Source: Podospora anserina
Lineage: Eukaryota
DNA length: 64,000 nucleotides
Assembly: GCA_017654855.1 (NCBI GenBank)
Contig: CM030334.1
Location: forward strand, 2,604,001 to 2,668,000
Direction of reading: 5' to 3'
Part shown: positions 11,386 to 24,800 of the stretch, piece after piece
How the letters are laid out: the number at the start of each line of letters is the position of its first letter
Numbering within the stretch: the first letter of the stretch is position 1
Program-made: the position numbers and the translations under genes
The notes under the pieces: generated by a model
Databases searched by the model: none
Told to the model about the DNA's origin: nothing
What the model saw: the letters and a program-made list of their open reading frames with translations, nothing else

Positions 11386-13002
11386 AATTCAATTAGTCGT
11401 ATTTGCGTTCCCTATGTATGCCGCCTGCCCATAAACGAATGAGTGGTATTAGGAGTGAAAGGATAGACCAGAGTGTCTAGCTGTCGGCCGTAGAGAATGT
11501 TGCGGAGGTCCTTCTATAAGTCCTCTGCCGCATTCAAGAGTGGAGGCGAATCGATGGACTCGCAAGCAAGGAGGGAGAGGAAGGAACAAAGCAGGCGAAC
11601 GGGAAGTCTTTTGTTGGTTGAAAAGAGAGAGAGAATGATGGGAACCAGTGGCAGTGCACCGTATTTTGTCAGATGGGTGTAGCGAGCGGCTTGGTGAGTG
11701 GCCAGGAGACAGCGGACAAGAACTCCCGCCCAGCAAACGACAAGCCTTGGACAACTCCCCAGCGCTTCACTGCACCGTGCGAACATGACAGCTCTCTCCA
11801 GGGGGGTCCGCCATGCCAGTGAGGCAGGCGCCTGGGGCTGTCTGTCAGCAGCTTGGAACGGCATCCTCCTCAAACCCCCTCAGACGGATATGCGCAAGCC
11901 TTATTCCAGCCCACCCAGCCCCGACAGTGTTGCCGACCTCACTGCTTTTCTCTCTTCTATCACGATGTCTACTTTCTTCTGCATAGCTCAACACTGTGCC
12001 CAACTCCCAAGAAAGCAAGATAGCTACGCTAAGGTCCCTTGGCTACACTACGTAACCCAAGCGGCCGTTGCGAATGATCCCTTGTGTCGGTTTCAGAAGC
12101 GCACTCAAACAGACCCCGGGATGGCCTCTGCCCCTGGCCACCCCCCTCAGCCTCGACCAAAAGCGAGCAGGTGCCATCCACCCTAGAGTAGCGTCAGCTT
12201 TAAATTGGTGGAGTCGCCAGCTTCTGCCCATCTCGTTTGGGAATTAGCCTTTTGATATCGATCTGATTTTGCAACATGTCGGACGAAGCTGCTTTGCGGG
12301 TTGCGGGGTGACAACCTTCGATCTGTGCAGACAACCATCAAGATGCCCACCAGCCTTGCTCGGTGTTGACCTCGGATCAGTTCTGCGTACGGACAACAGT
12401 GAGCACCAGCCCCGCCGCTCAACTCCCCGCTTCCTGCTGAGCAATCCTCTGCAAATCTCTCGCACTGTGCTGCGCAGCTCTGAGAGTTGTTTACGGCGCC
12501 ACCCGAAGGTCACCACCGCAACCAGCCTGCGGAATATAGATCACTTGAGAGCGGAATATACAAATTAGGCGGCGGTCAACGGGTGTCGGTGCTGGATATA
12601 TTCTTGGAAACCCCCGGCAATTTTTCAGTCGCGCGATACACAACCCACCACTTGAGAATATCTTTTTCAACCTTCACAAAGTAAGTTTTTGATTCCCTTT
12701 TTGCAGAACTCCGAGATACCCGGAACTGTCAAATGCCAAGGGAGACAGCGGGCTTGGACTATGTCATTGCATACGCGTCCATAGCTGCTTTCACACGGCC
12801 ACATCGGATTTAAGCCTTTTTGCGACCTGATCTCCAACATGGCCATCAAGATTTCAGAGATCGGACTTTGGCAGAAATGCCAAGTGCCACCTGAAAGAAA
12901 GATCGAGATAACCGTTCGACACAAGATCCAAACACACCAGCTAGTATAAAAATGCCGTTTGTCCACGATGGCAGCAAAGAGAGCACCAACAACCAGGTTT
13001 GA

Positions 13003-13031
13003 CAACAACAACAACAACAACAACAACAACA
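13003..13031. repeat. (CAA)9 microsatellite
   Basis: Directly visible tandem trinucleotide. Confidence 0.9.
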
Positions 13032-13661
13032 GATGAAAATATCGTCCCGTCTGATGCATATGCAGGCCCAATATCTGCGAGCTTCTGTTTTTGGCCCGCC
13101 CGGTCCAACCTGTCATCTGCGCCTCTGTTACCTCGGGGTAAGGTGGCTCCCCGCATTGCTTATACATCTTGACCTATCAAGACGACCATATCCACTACAG
13201 GATGACGATTTTTTGATACTGTCTTCGGGTCTCCATGGCCAGGAGGCCTCAGAAGTGGCCTGTGGGCCGAGTTATCCGGCTTGTTGATTCCAAAGTCGCT
13301 ACTGTTGTCAGACGAAAATCTGGTAGACAGTGACGGATATCAGACAGGTTGTGCAAGGCTCGCCTTTTCTGCCCCCAGGAAGTCAGATATACTCCCTCCA
13401 AGATTCCGCATGCGTATAATCTACCAGATCTGCAAGTGATATTCCCCTCTCATCTTCAAATGCTGGATGATGCACATACAGCACCACGCCTCTTGAGCAC
13501 ATATACGTTGTATCCTTATGGCAGAAGCACATGATGATCTTAGTAAGGCCTACATCTCAAGCCCTAAGGGATCGAGGTTTCTTGCACTCTTGGTGACAGG
13601 CACCCTGCCCACAGAAAAGTTGACAAAGCAAAAGTAAGTTGGCCCATACAATGTTGTAAAC

Positions 13662-13750
13662 CATGCCTCGAAAGTAAATCAATAGGCCTTTTAATTATCT
13701 TCAGAGGCCTATTAACCATATTTGAAAGCCTAGTGGCTATCCTGCAAGGT
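13662..13750 (+). repeat. Dispersed element, copy 1: CATGCCTCGAAAGT head plus degenerate 21-bp tandem units
   Basis: Units start at 13684, 13705, 13726 and 13747 (AGGCCT..TTAAYYAT..TT); related to 35821-35993. Confidence 0.7.
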
Positions 13751-14911
13751 GTAGTTCGCAATATAACACGGGCTGTCATATTTGTGTGTGTCAAATATCT
13801 TGTGGGCAGGGTGCTGTTCTCCCGGGCTTCTCAACCGTTATCGAGTCAAGGCGAGAGACAGATAGACCGTGAGGGTAGAATACACAGACAGACAAGCGCC
13901 TCACCTATATATGCTTATGCTCTGTCACCCCCGAACGACGTCTCACAAATCTCTCTGACCTCAGCGCCCCCACTGAAAACTCTTACAGTCCAAGAGGGTC
14001 GATGCATCAGCTCAATATCAGACCGAAAGACTATATAAACACATTTGTAGTGTGCCGAATTAGTCGAATCGAGGTGAATCAATAACATGAAACATACATC
14101 TATTACAAGGCTTTCCATCAACACCTGCTTCCCCCCAACATGGCCCAGCGATCTATCACCTTGACTCGCAACAGTCTTCCCCGATCTCAGCTCGTCTTTG
14201 ATTATCGATAACAATTGTTGAGTTCATGAAATACTGAGTATGTGTGTAGGTAGGCTTTGGTTCAGCACAAATTACATCTCTCGTTTAGCTGGAATAAATA
14301 GGATGAGGGACAGCCGTGCTCAAGGCCCGAAGTGGTGATGATGGTTGTATGTTGATGAGAAGAAGTAGAACTCCGGATCCCTTTGTTGTGATGTAGAGTC
14401 AAGTGCTATACGATGACGGGCTGCTGCCAACAGCGATCAATAAAAGTTCACAACACCAAACGCAACCGAGCAACCTCAAATACTTTAACTGTTTTTGTAT
14501 TTCTTGCTACCATAGCAAATCAATAAACACAGACGGAAAATCCCAATCTCCCAGTAGGAACATCCACCCTCCATATCTCATCTTTTAAGACATCGATGAT
14601 AATCCAAAAAAAAAGGAAACCAAACGTCCAAAGATCCATTTACAACAAAACAGAACTCGCAACGCGTTCCACGCTTTCTCCCAGACCAGAAACAAAAACA
14701 AAAAATGACTCTCAAAAGCAAGTAAATGCCCGACTCCCAAAACCAAAAATTAACTTGGCACGCCCAAGTTATTTTCTGCCATGCCTCGTTTGATCCATCC
14801 AGGGGACGCCGTTCCTTCAAACCCAGCCCAAGTTGGTCGTATAGTGGTATATATAATCTCCCATCCCGATCATCCCTCTTCCCTACTCGCACACAACATG
14901 CTCACAAACGC

Positions 14912-17327
14912 TTATTTCTTCTTGCCCTCGTGCACAATGTTGATGATCTTCTCAACAACAGATGGGTCCGAGAGAGTGCTGATGTCGCCAAGCTGGTCCT
15001 CCTCACCGGCAAGAATCTTTCTGAGAATACGTCTCATGATCTTGCCGCTGCGGGTCTTGGGAAGATCTGGGACAACAAACACGGCCTTGGGCGCCGCGAA
15101 GGGGCCAATACTCCTGCGGACCTGGAGGATGAAGTCCTTGCGGAGGGCATCATCGACTTCGGCGCCGTTCTTGATGGACACAAAGGCGTTGACAGCCTGG
15201 CCGGTGAGCTCGTCGGCAACCCCAACGACGGCCGCCTCGGCAATGGAGGCGTGCTCAATGAGGGCGGCCTCGATCTCAGCCGTGCTGAGACGGTGACCGC
15301 TGACGTTGACAACGTCATCAACACGGCCACGGATCCAGTAGAAGCCCTCGTGATCGCGACCGGCACCATCGCCCGTGAACTACATCACTTGTTAGCCTGA
15401 AAGCCTTGCAACAGCAGAGGCAGCGGATACTCACGTAGTAGCCCTTGTACACGTTCAGGTAAGTGTCCATGTAGCGCTTGTGGGCGCCCCAGACGGTGCG
15501 AGCCATGCTTGGCCAGGGCTGCTTGAAGGCAAGGACACCCTCGACATCGTTGCCATGGATCTCCTCGCCAGAGACAGGGTCGACGATCGCAGGCTCGATG
15601 CCGAAGAAGGGAAGAGAGGCGGAGCCGGGCTTGGTGGGAGTAACACCAGCAAGAGGGGTGATGACGTTGGAGCCGGTCTCGGTTTGCCAGTACGTCTGTG
15701 ATTAGTCGTCAGTGAGAGGTGGTCTCTTGCAGGGCCGAAGGTGAGCGACTTACGTCCACAATGTGAGCCTCCTCCTTGCCAACAACCTCAAAGTACCACT
15801 TCCAGATCTCGGCGGCGATTGGCTCACCGACGGAGCCAAGAACTCTGAGGTGCTTCATCTCGTTGCGCACATGCTGGTTGCCGGCGCGCTTCAGGAGACG
15901 CAGGGCAGTGGGAGCAACATAGAACTGTGTGACCTTGTGTTGCTCAATGATATCCCAGTATCTGGAAAAGTTGGGGTAGGCGGGTGTACCCTCGAAAACG
16001 ACGGTGGACACACCCAGGAGGAGTGGGGCGTAGACGACATAGGTGTGACCGGTAATCCAGCCGACATCACCGCCGCAGAAGTACCTGTCGCCATCGTGAA
16101 TGTCGAACACATACTTTCCGGTGGTGGCGGCGCCCAGGAGATAACCGCCGGTGGTGTGCATGACACCCTTGGGCTTGCCGGTAGAGCCGGAGGTGTAGAG
16201 GAGGAAGAGAGGGTCCTCCGAGTTGACGGCCACGGGGGGGTAGTATGAGGGCCACTTCTCAACCTCCTCGTGCCACCAGAAATCGCGACCCTCGGTCATG
16301 GGGATGTCGGCGCCGGTGCGCTTGTACACAAGCACGTGGCCGACATCGGGGCACTGCTTGAGAGCCTCATCGACAATCTTCTTTGTCCCAATCAACTTTC
16401 CACCACGCTTGCCCTCGTCGGTGGTGATGACCACCTTGGAACCGCCATCGATGACACGGTCGCGAAGCGAGTCGGCCGAGAAACCGGCAAAGACCACCGA
16501 GTGAACGGCGCCGATTCTGCTGCAAGCAAGAAGGGCAACGATAGCCTCCGGGATCATGGGCAGGTAGATGGCCACGGTGTCGCCCTTGCGCACGCCCATC
16601 TGGGTGAGCACGTGGGCGAGCTTGGAGACATCGCGCAGGAGCTCGCCGTAGGTGACGTTCCGGCCGTCCGAGGGCTCGTCGGCTTCGTAGATGATGGCGA
16701 CCTTGTTGGGGTCCTTGAAGGCATGGCGATCGACACAGTTGTATGACGCATTGAGCTCACCCTCCAGGAACCAGGCATTGTCACCCCCGGCGAGGGAGCC
16801 GCTGTGGACAGTCTGGAAATCCTTAGACCAGGTCAGGAGCTCACGCGCCAGCCTCCCCCAGAACTTCTTGGGTTCGGTGATGGATTCCTTGTAGAGTTTC
16901 TGATATTCCTCGAGACCTGCGGTACCGGTGTCAGCGCGCGATGTGACGTAGAGACCAACCGCCCAGGCGCGCCCAGGCTCGGGACAAGGAGGACGGCCGC
17001 GGGGTATTCAGCGGGGGGTGGGGTCGTGTCTTACTGCTCAAGTGAGGTTTGCTCGGGTGCTCTGTCACAAACGTGGTTAGCTCCAATGCTTCCGTTCGTC
17101 CAGGTGTTGTGTGTGTGCGCCCCGCGACAGGGCCACAACACCTTGGCGCACGACATGGACCCAAACTTACTGTCAAGCATCTTCTGGGGAGGGTCTGTTG
17201 GGAGCAGGCAGGAAAGCCGCTCTGTCAGTTTCACCGTCTATACTCCAGGACGGGACAAGAACTCACGGAAAGTGTCAACAGCGTGGGCCTCGGCCACTAC
17301 TGGCGCCTTGGGAGACTGCTCGCCCAT
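14912..17327 (-). CDS. facA: Acetyl-CoA synthetase (AMP-forming), facA/acu-5 type (~667 aa)
   Basis: Exons 17327-17267, 17194-17171 (24 nt), 17061-17035 (27 nt), 16916-15754, 15695-15435 and 15379-14912, total 2004 nt. Motifs [35 protein letters not shown] and [11 protein letters not shown]. Confidence 0.96.
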
Positions 17328-19626
17328 GATGGTGGTGTTGGTGTTGGTGATGGCGGGGTAGGAACTTTTTGGTGCTTTAGCAAAGCGGGAGAATGTTCGT
17401 CGCAGCAGTAGTAGTAATGGCCCAGCCAAGCCAGACAGGAGCAGCCGGTAGGAACAAGTAGTGGTGGTAGAGGGTGGAAAGGAGGTGGGACAGATGAGTG
17501 GGAGATTGGGTGAGCTGGACTGACGGACAATGTTGGGGAGGAGCGGGCGTTTTTGTATTATGGCAGAAGACGAGACGAAGGATACCCGCCTGGATGGACA
17601 CGGTGCATGGGTGAAGGGTGGAAGCTGGGATGGGGGAGCGCGAGGGGAGGCATTCAGGGGGAGGGGTGTGGGTGTGGGCATTTTCTTTTTTCTCACTTCC
17701 CAGCTCTCTGCCGGACCGGAGCTTGTACCGATACAACGACGCAGAGAGACGGCCACGAGCCCATCCCCAGACACCAAGCCCCAAGACCACCGTTGTGGAT
17801 TTCCTTCCGCCCGACCACTGACTATTCGCTGCACACCAGACATGCAATATCCATGGACGGGCCCTTGTTACCGCAAAGGGGAAGAAGACCACCAGCCCTA
17901 TTTGCACGCCTACTCAAGAGAGAAAGAGAGACCTAGAGGCTCGAGAAAAGTTGTTTCCCCTGAAACGACACACCTTGAGACGAAGGGCCGGTGCCAGCCG
18001 TGCGGTGGACGCGGGCATGCGGCAGTCCGGTGCGGCGAATAGCCAGGGCTCCTTGCCTCGCCTGTGGATGATGAGTCGAGATGGCACAAGTGTCTCCTCC
18101 GGACGCGGCAGGCTGCTCCCAGTCTGTGGAGAGTGTGCTGCACCGGGAACACAGACGCATGGCAGGGTTGCCTCGAGGTCACCGGAACGGTGTCAGTGGT
18201 GTCCAGCAGACAGGCGGTTGCCGTGTTTGAATTGTGAGAGAGTTGCATCTATCACACACAACCTTCTATTTGGAAGCGGCCCGAGACTGCGAAGTGACGA
18301 CTTGAGTTGGAATTTGGGAATTCTCTCAACCGTCAAAGCCTAGCGCTCCTAATAAAATGGCGCGCGCCTCACTTCAGACAGTGGGGGTTTGTCCTTATCT
18401 GATGGGGATTGTGGATGCCATCATCTCGACAAACCTCTTCAGCGGCATGCAACCGAACGAACGAACGAACGTCTGCGGGCCGCCGTATGCCTGATCGATT
18501 CAACCCCTTCGTGGTGTGTCTGCTACTATCGGAGCCCGGCCGGTTGGCTGTTGTCGCAATGCGATGCGATGCCCTACCTACGCGACCAAGCAGCTTCCCA
18601 AACAAGCCGCACTTCTTCAGCGTCAATACTACTGCTCCCGTCGTTGTCTATGCTGCTGCTGCAGGGACCACCCTGCCGTCGTGGGAATGCAGTCACCCTC
18701 ATCCTGATGATACCTTACACCACACTCGAATATGCCATCTTCAATAATCTTCAATGTACCAACAAAACACTTTGACTAATAAGTAATCAGCTAAAACATA
18801 ACAGGAATAACCTTAACTCTCCAAGGCCATGTACCGGTACCTAACTGGTCCTCCTCCTTTGCCCTCACCTTCTGCTGCTTCTTTACCCCACACTCTGCCG
18901 GGCCCCTCCTTTTACAGCGATCTCGTTCTTGGCATTGAGCCGCTACCGGATCGAGACCCGGTGGGGTCCTCGGTGACGGAGGAGGCGCCTTGGACAGGGA
19001 AAGACATGATGCCTTCGCAACGCCGCATCGCCATAAGATGGGCCTTCCCCGCACTGATCCCAACCGCATTCAAAGCACAGCGCCTCTTGGCGACCATCAC
19101 CGTTGGCTCCCCCCGTTGCTGTCACGACCTGTCTTTATGGAATCCCTAGATGGGCTGGCGTCATTGTCCGTCACTCCCAACATCACGGGATGGCCACCTC
19201 GGAAAGTCGAGGACATGACGCACCGTCTTCTTCTCGAACGGCTATCCCGGCCCGCTCCTCGCTTTTTATTGTCCATTTTCTCCCTCACAGCAAATACCGA
19301 AGACCGAGACGAACGAACGAACGAACATGAGCCGGGGTACCACCTTGTTCCTGCAGTGGACCACCGCTATCGTGATAAGACGGGTGTGTTGTCTGTGTGT
19401 GTCTGTGCAACGACGTTGGACAGTTGCGGCTGCCCGGCTGCCGGGACATTCCCAAGTGCCGGTGGGCCAAGGCTAACCCGACTTCCTGGGGATGAAGGGA
19501 AGCTCGGGAAGCCATATTCTCACATACACCTCGGGTATGAGCATGTGCATCCAACGAACCAGGGATAACCATCAGTGACTTTCCTTGTCCTTATCCATTT
19601 GCCCCCCCTTCCCTCGTGTCCTCTTA

Positions 19627-19652
19627 TGTGTGTGTGTGTGTGTGTGTGTGTG
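19627..19652. repeat. (TG)13 microsatellite
   Basis: Directly visible. Confidence 0.9.
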
Positions 19653-21842
19653 TCTTGTGCCCCTTTTTCCCCAGAATCGCGGGCCATTACCACTCCCCAC
19701 ATTCTCCAATGGAAGGGGCCTCGAACTTGATTGTTCCTTTTAATCCACCATAAAACTCAAATGCTCGGACTGGACTGGACTGGGCGAAATATTTCCCCAT
19801 GTCTTTTTTTGTTCCCATCCACCAGTTCCGGAGCAGCGGAAGTACCCTCGAACTAACCAACTAACAACAAATCTAAACCTATTCAGAGCGCCCAGTCCGG
19901 ATCGTCACTGGGGACGAGAGTCATGGCACTCTTGTGTTTTCCCTCGTGTATGCCCCTCATTCCTTCCGTATCCTTGAACCCCAGAACTGTGGTGTACAAC
20001 GACCAGACCAAGAGACGACCCCACCTGTAGACAGCCAGCCCGCCACCAGGAACAACGTCATACGTCAACCCCTACAACCGGGGCCTTCCGGACGTATGGG
20101 AGGAGGGGAAAAGGGGAACAACAACACGCGGTGGTGGTCCTGTGCTGGACACATGTGATAGAAAGAGTCACTTTAATTAAGATTAAGCATACGGCATAGC
20201 ATCAAGGATGTGGGTAGATTGAAGGAAGCCGAGGGAAAGCCCGTATATAAGACCGGCCACCCATCAACTGCAGGATTGTAGTTCTCTTGAGTTGTCCGAT
20301 GTATGTATGCGTTTCGTCATACTTGAGACTATTCCCAGTTCCACATGGACCTCCCGTCCCACTAACTAGTCTTTGTCTGCCTGCTCCTCCGATGTCATGA
20401 CATAAACATTTTCCCGATCCTACCTGGTAGGTAGAGGGTGTGTAAGTGATATCGTCATCTTTGACTGACTCTCAATAAGGTAGCAAGGAGATTGTCACAC
20501 AAAGAGAGCCAGACTGAGAGCAGGGAAGCTAGAAAACAGAGACTATTTTCAGATATTTACAAGTTTATGAGAGTTCTAGCTACCTCTTGCTTTTATGTAA
20601 AATGAAAAGGTAGAGGGAACACAATACACTATGTTAACTAGGTACTTGCCAGGCCTTCAAAATCGGCACTTGACATGGCTTGGTGGTGTATAGCCACTGT
20701 AGAAAAACGAGATCACTACCTTGCCCAGGAAAGGAGCTCCATAGGATGATGATTGGTACATCTTGTAAACTAGAATATGAGGGAAATATACTTTAAATAG
20801 ATAATATCTTTAACTGTCGTTTGGATTGCCCATTGGCTGATCGCACCGTGCCTGGAGCAAAGTAACCGAGTATAATCCTGTCTAAAACATCCTGCCCCAA
20901 AGCAAGGTGTTTAAACCCTCGGGTTCCTACATAATCTAGCCCAGCCTCCATCTTTCTCTTTTAACATCAACGTTTCAAGATAGGTACGTAAAAATAACAT
21001 CAGATAATCGTAGAAAGCCCTTCAACCGCACCTGACAACAAAACACTCAAAACACTTTGCAACCAAACCAAGTCCATATCAGAAACTACCATGTCACAAA
21101 CACATACAACAAAAGGTCTCATTCAAATGTCTTTTTACTCTCATCTCATTAACATAAACCTACTCTCCATTTCACTTCCGTTTTTCTCTTTCTTTCTTTC
21201 TTTCTTTCTCAACTGATATGTGTTTGTCTGCAGATAGAGGGGGGGTATAAAGAAGTTTCTTCGTTCATGAGAACAGGGAATGATGTGTTATATAAACAAA
21301 CGTAACTGGAAAACCACAACCACAACAACGACCCACCCATTCCCATTCCAATTCCCTTTCGCAAGCACAAGGAACAAGTTATTCATCCAAACAAAAACCA
21401 AACCAAACCAACAACCAAAGTGATGTGTCCCTGTTCAAAAATAGACAAGAAAAGAAGAGAGAATAAAAATAAAAATAAGAACAGTAAAGTAAAATAAAAG
21501 GGGGAATCAGAGAAGACAAAGTTAAAAAATAAAGCTGTGCAAAAGAAAAAAAAGAAGAAAAAAAGGCGGTGGAGAAATAAAAGCAAAAAAAAAAAAAAAA
21601 AGGGACATAAAAACGGACATCCACATCATAAGATTGAAAGGCCATGACTGACACAACCACACACACTCCCACACAACTCATTCTTCCTCTCTTCCCCCAA
21701 CCACCCTCCACAACCCCTTCACAACCAAAGCCAGCACCCCAATAACCACCAACCACACCACCACCAACCCCGCAACCAAAACCCTCTTCATCACATTCCA
21801 AACACCACCAACACCGCCAGTCCCCTGCCGTCCTTGCCCCCT

Positions 21843-24800
21843 CTAAAAGCAATTCAGGCTCCCCTTCTTCTTCTTCTTGCTAATCGTGTTCATCCTCTCC
21901 TCCAAATGCGCCCTCGCAATCTCGGCATCCCTCCTCTTCCTCCTCTCCTCCTCCACCTGCTGCAGACTCCACCTGTTATCCTGCTGCGGCTTCTCCTTCA
22001 GGTCCTTAATCTCCTGCTCCAGCTCCTGCGCCCTTCTCCTCCAGGCGTCACAATCCGCCCTCATCGCCAGCTGCTGCCTCTCCAGGTCAGTCAAGGCCTC
22101 TTCGAGGGTGGTGGTAAGCTGCTTCTCTGCCTTGAGGTGCTTTTCGATGAGGCGGATGCGCGCTTCCTGGTCTTCTTGGATCTGGGAGATACCGCCTACG
22201 TCCTTGGAGGGGGGGCGGGGGGTGGGGGATGTGGTGCCTGAGTTGTTGGATGGGAGGGGCGGGAGGGGGATTGCTGGTGGGGGGGAGGGTAAAGAGGCGA
22301 CCGAGGATGATTTGCGGACGCCGTGGCCATTTTGCTGGGTTTGCGAGTTGGATCGTTGGGGGGTGTCGGTTGAGTCGTTGGGGAGGATGCTGTCGTATTT
22401 GGCCTGGATGATTGTTAGTCTCCGATAGCAAATAAGTAGAGGACAGAAAAAAACGTACCTGAAGAGCAGAATACTCCTCCTTGATGGCATCCAATTCGCC
22501 CTGCAATCTCACCTTGGCAGCATTCGCCTCCTCCAGCTGCTGGTTCCTCTCCGTCTGAAGCAGCGACAGCCTGTTGCTAGCAGCCTGGACCTGGTCGAAA
22601 TTCTTATTAAGCTGGTCCTCAAGCTCCTCCACAAGCCGCGAGTTCTTCTTGTTCTTGACCTCGAGATCGACCACCTTCTTCTTCACCAACGCCACCTGCT
22701 CCTTGACAGGGAAGCCCTGCCCGGTAGGGCCCGTCTGCTTCTCCGACTCGGCAGCGAGCACCTCGGCCAAGCTGGCTCTAACAGCCTCGAGGTCGCGCAT
22801 GATGGTGTCGTTGATGTTGGACAGCTCAACAATGTCCTGCTCAAGCTCCAGTCGCCTGCCTTGCTCCTCTGACAGCGCCTTTTGGGCACCGGCAAGATCG
22901 CTGATGCGGTCGCTGATCTTCTCGACACTGACATCCAGTCCGAGAGCATAGGCTACCTGGGTGGCAACCTTCATGAGCTCTTCGCGAGCTTCAGTCAGAT
23001 CACTCTCAAGCCGCTTAGTCCGGTTGGCATGCTCTGTCTTGAGAGCAGCCAGCTGAGACTCCAGATCACGTCTGCCGGCCAGCATGATCTCGTTAACATC
23101 CTTCTGGTGGGCTGACTGCAACTCGTGAACGCTCTCCTGGTGAGCCTTGATAGATTGCTCATGGTCAGAGATTGTCGCCTCGAGTTTCGCAACCAGGTCC
23201 TTCTGTTCAGCTGCTTCGCTGACCGCCTCATCACGCTCCTTGATAGCCTGCTCCAAAGCCTCCTTCGTCTCCTGGTGCTGCTTCTCAGCCGCGGCCACCT
23301 TTGTCTGGCTGGTGTTAATGAGAGCCTTGTACTCCTCGATTTCGGTACGGAGAAAGTCGACAAGCTTCGTGTCTTCACCCCCGCTTTGCTTTGGAGTCTC
23401 ACCAACTGCCCTCTCATTACCACCCTCAGGCTTCTCCTCAACCTTGACCTCCGAAAGCTTAGCAGTAAAAGAAGCAACCTGAGCCTCGAGCTCGCTGATA
23501 GTCTTCTTCAGCTGCTCCTCATTATCCTGCAGAGCCTGCACAGCAGACCTGTGCCTCTCCTCCCAGGTGGACAGCTCCTTCTCCAGCTCAGCAATCTTTT
23601 CCTCACTAGCTGCCAACTGAGCAGCCGCCTCCTCGGAAGTCTCGTTCGTGGCGGCGGTAGCATTAGCGCTCACGGCCGTCTGCTTGATCAGCTCCTGCAG
23701 TTCCGCAAACTGAGCCTCCAGCTCCTTCTCCCGAACTTCATTTGCCTGCTGCAGCTCCTTGATGCGCATCTCGCTCTGCTCCAGCTGATTCCTGAGATTC
23801 GACACAACTGCCATGTCCATAGGCGAGGCAGCCTTCAAACTCGACCGTTCACGGGTCAGTCCAGAGATGATGGTCATCTTGGTCTCCATCTCCTTCTTGG
23901 CCGTCGCGACGTTGGTCTCGAGCTCCTGTATCCTCTCGGAGCGAGCGTGTAGCTCGTGCATGGCGGCGTTGAGGTTGAGCTCAAAGTTCTGCATCACATC
24001 TGGCTGATCCTCAAAGTGCTCGGCGGCGATGTTTCGGAGCGAGGCAAATGACCTGTGAGCCCGATCGATGATCATGAGTGTTTGACTAGACTTGCGGCGG
24101 ATGACATGGCCGGCCTTGCCGGAATCCTCGTTGGCGGCCTGAGCCCTGGCGACCTGGGTCTTGAGCTCTTCCACCATGTCGAGGGCGTGTTGATGCCGTT
24201 CCTCCAGCTGAGCGTACCGCTCGGCCAGTTCCTTCTCTGCGGCCTCCTTCTCCGCGGCGATAGCCTTCAATCGGCGAACCTCGGTCGTGGCATCGGCGCC
24301 ATTTGTGGGCTCCGTTGGCGACTCGGGAGCAGAACCAGATTTGGGCACAGCGGTGCCAGCATCCGAGACATCCAATGTCGTAGACGGAGATTCTAGAGCC
24401 GACGAAAGCTCTGATGAGAGTGACCGCATAGAAAGATGTGTGGTATCCTTGGTCTCATTAGTTCTAGCGTCAGACAGGAATGAGGTAGGTCTTGTCAGCA
24501 TTGGCGATGTCACCGAGAGAATCGAATCTCGCTGGCGACTAGGGTGCTTAGCCTCGTCCACCATATCCTGCAGCTGGCCCAAAGCCCGGAGAGCCTCCTC
24601 ATACTTGGCATGGAGGAGATCATACTCGTTGAGTGTCGCCTCGTGCTCAACCCTAAGACCGAGAAGCTCTTGATTCATAGTCTCGAGTTTGTCGGCCACA
24701 AACTTGGACTGAGCCGGGCTCGTGGGATACTCAAGCACCTCGCCGTCGTTGGCCAACGGCGACAATTTCCGTGGCCTCTTTTGCCCATCAACTGGCTCCT

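Noticed and set aside
13180-13300. ACGACCATATCCACT resembles the 5' end of fungal 5S rRNA
   Set aside because: Similarity stops after about 15 nt; no internal control region or 5S fold follows.
20150-21100. ORF-free, lower-GC stretch as a possible RIP-degraded transposon
   Set aside because: No terminal repeats, no transposase or RT remnants, and CpA/TpG dinucleotides are still plentiful.
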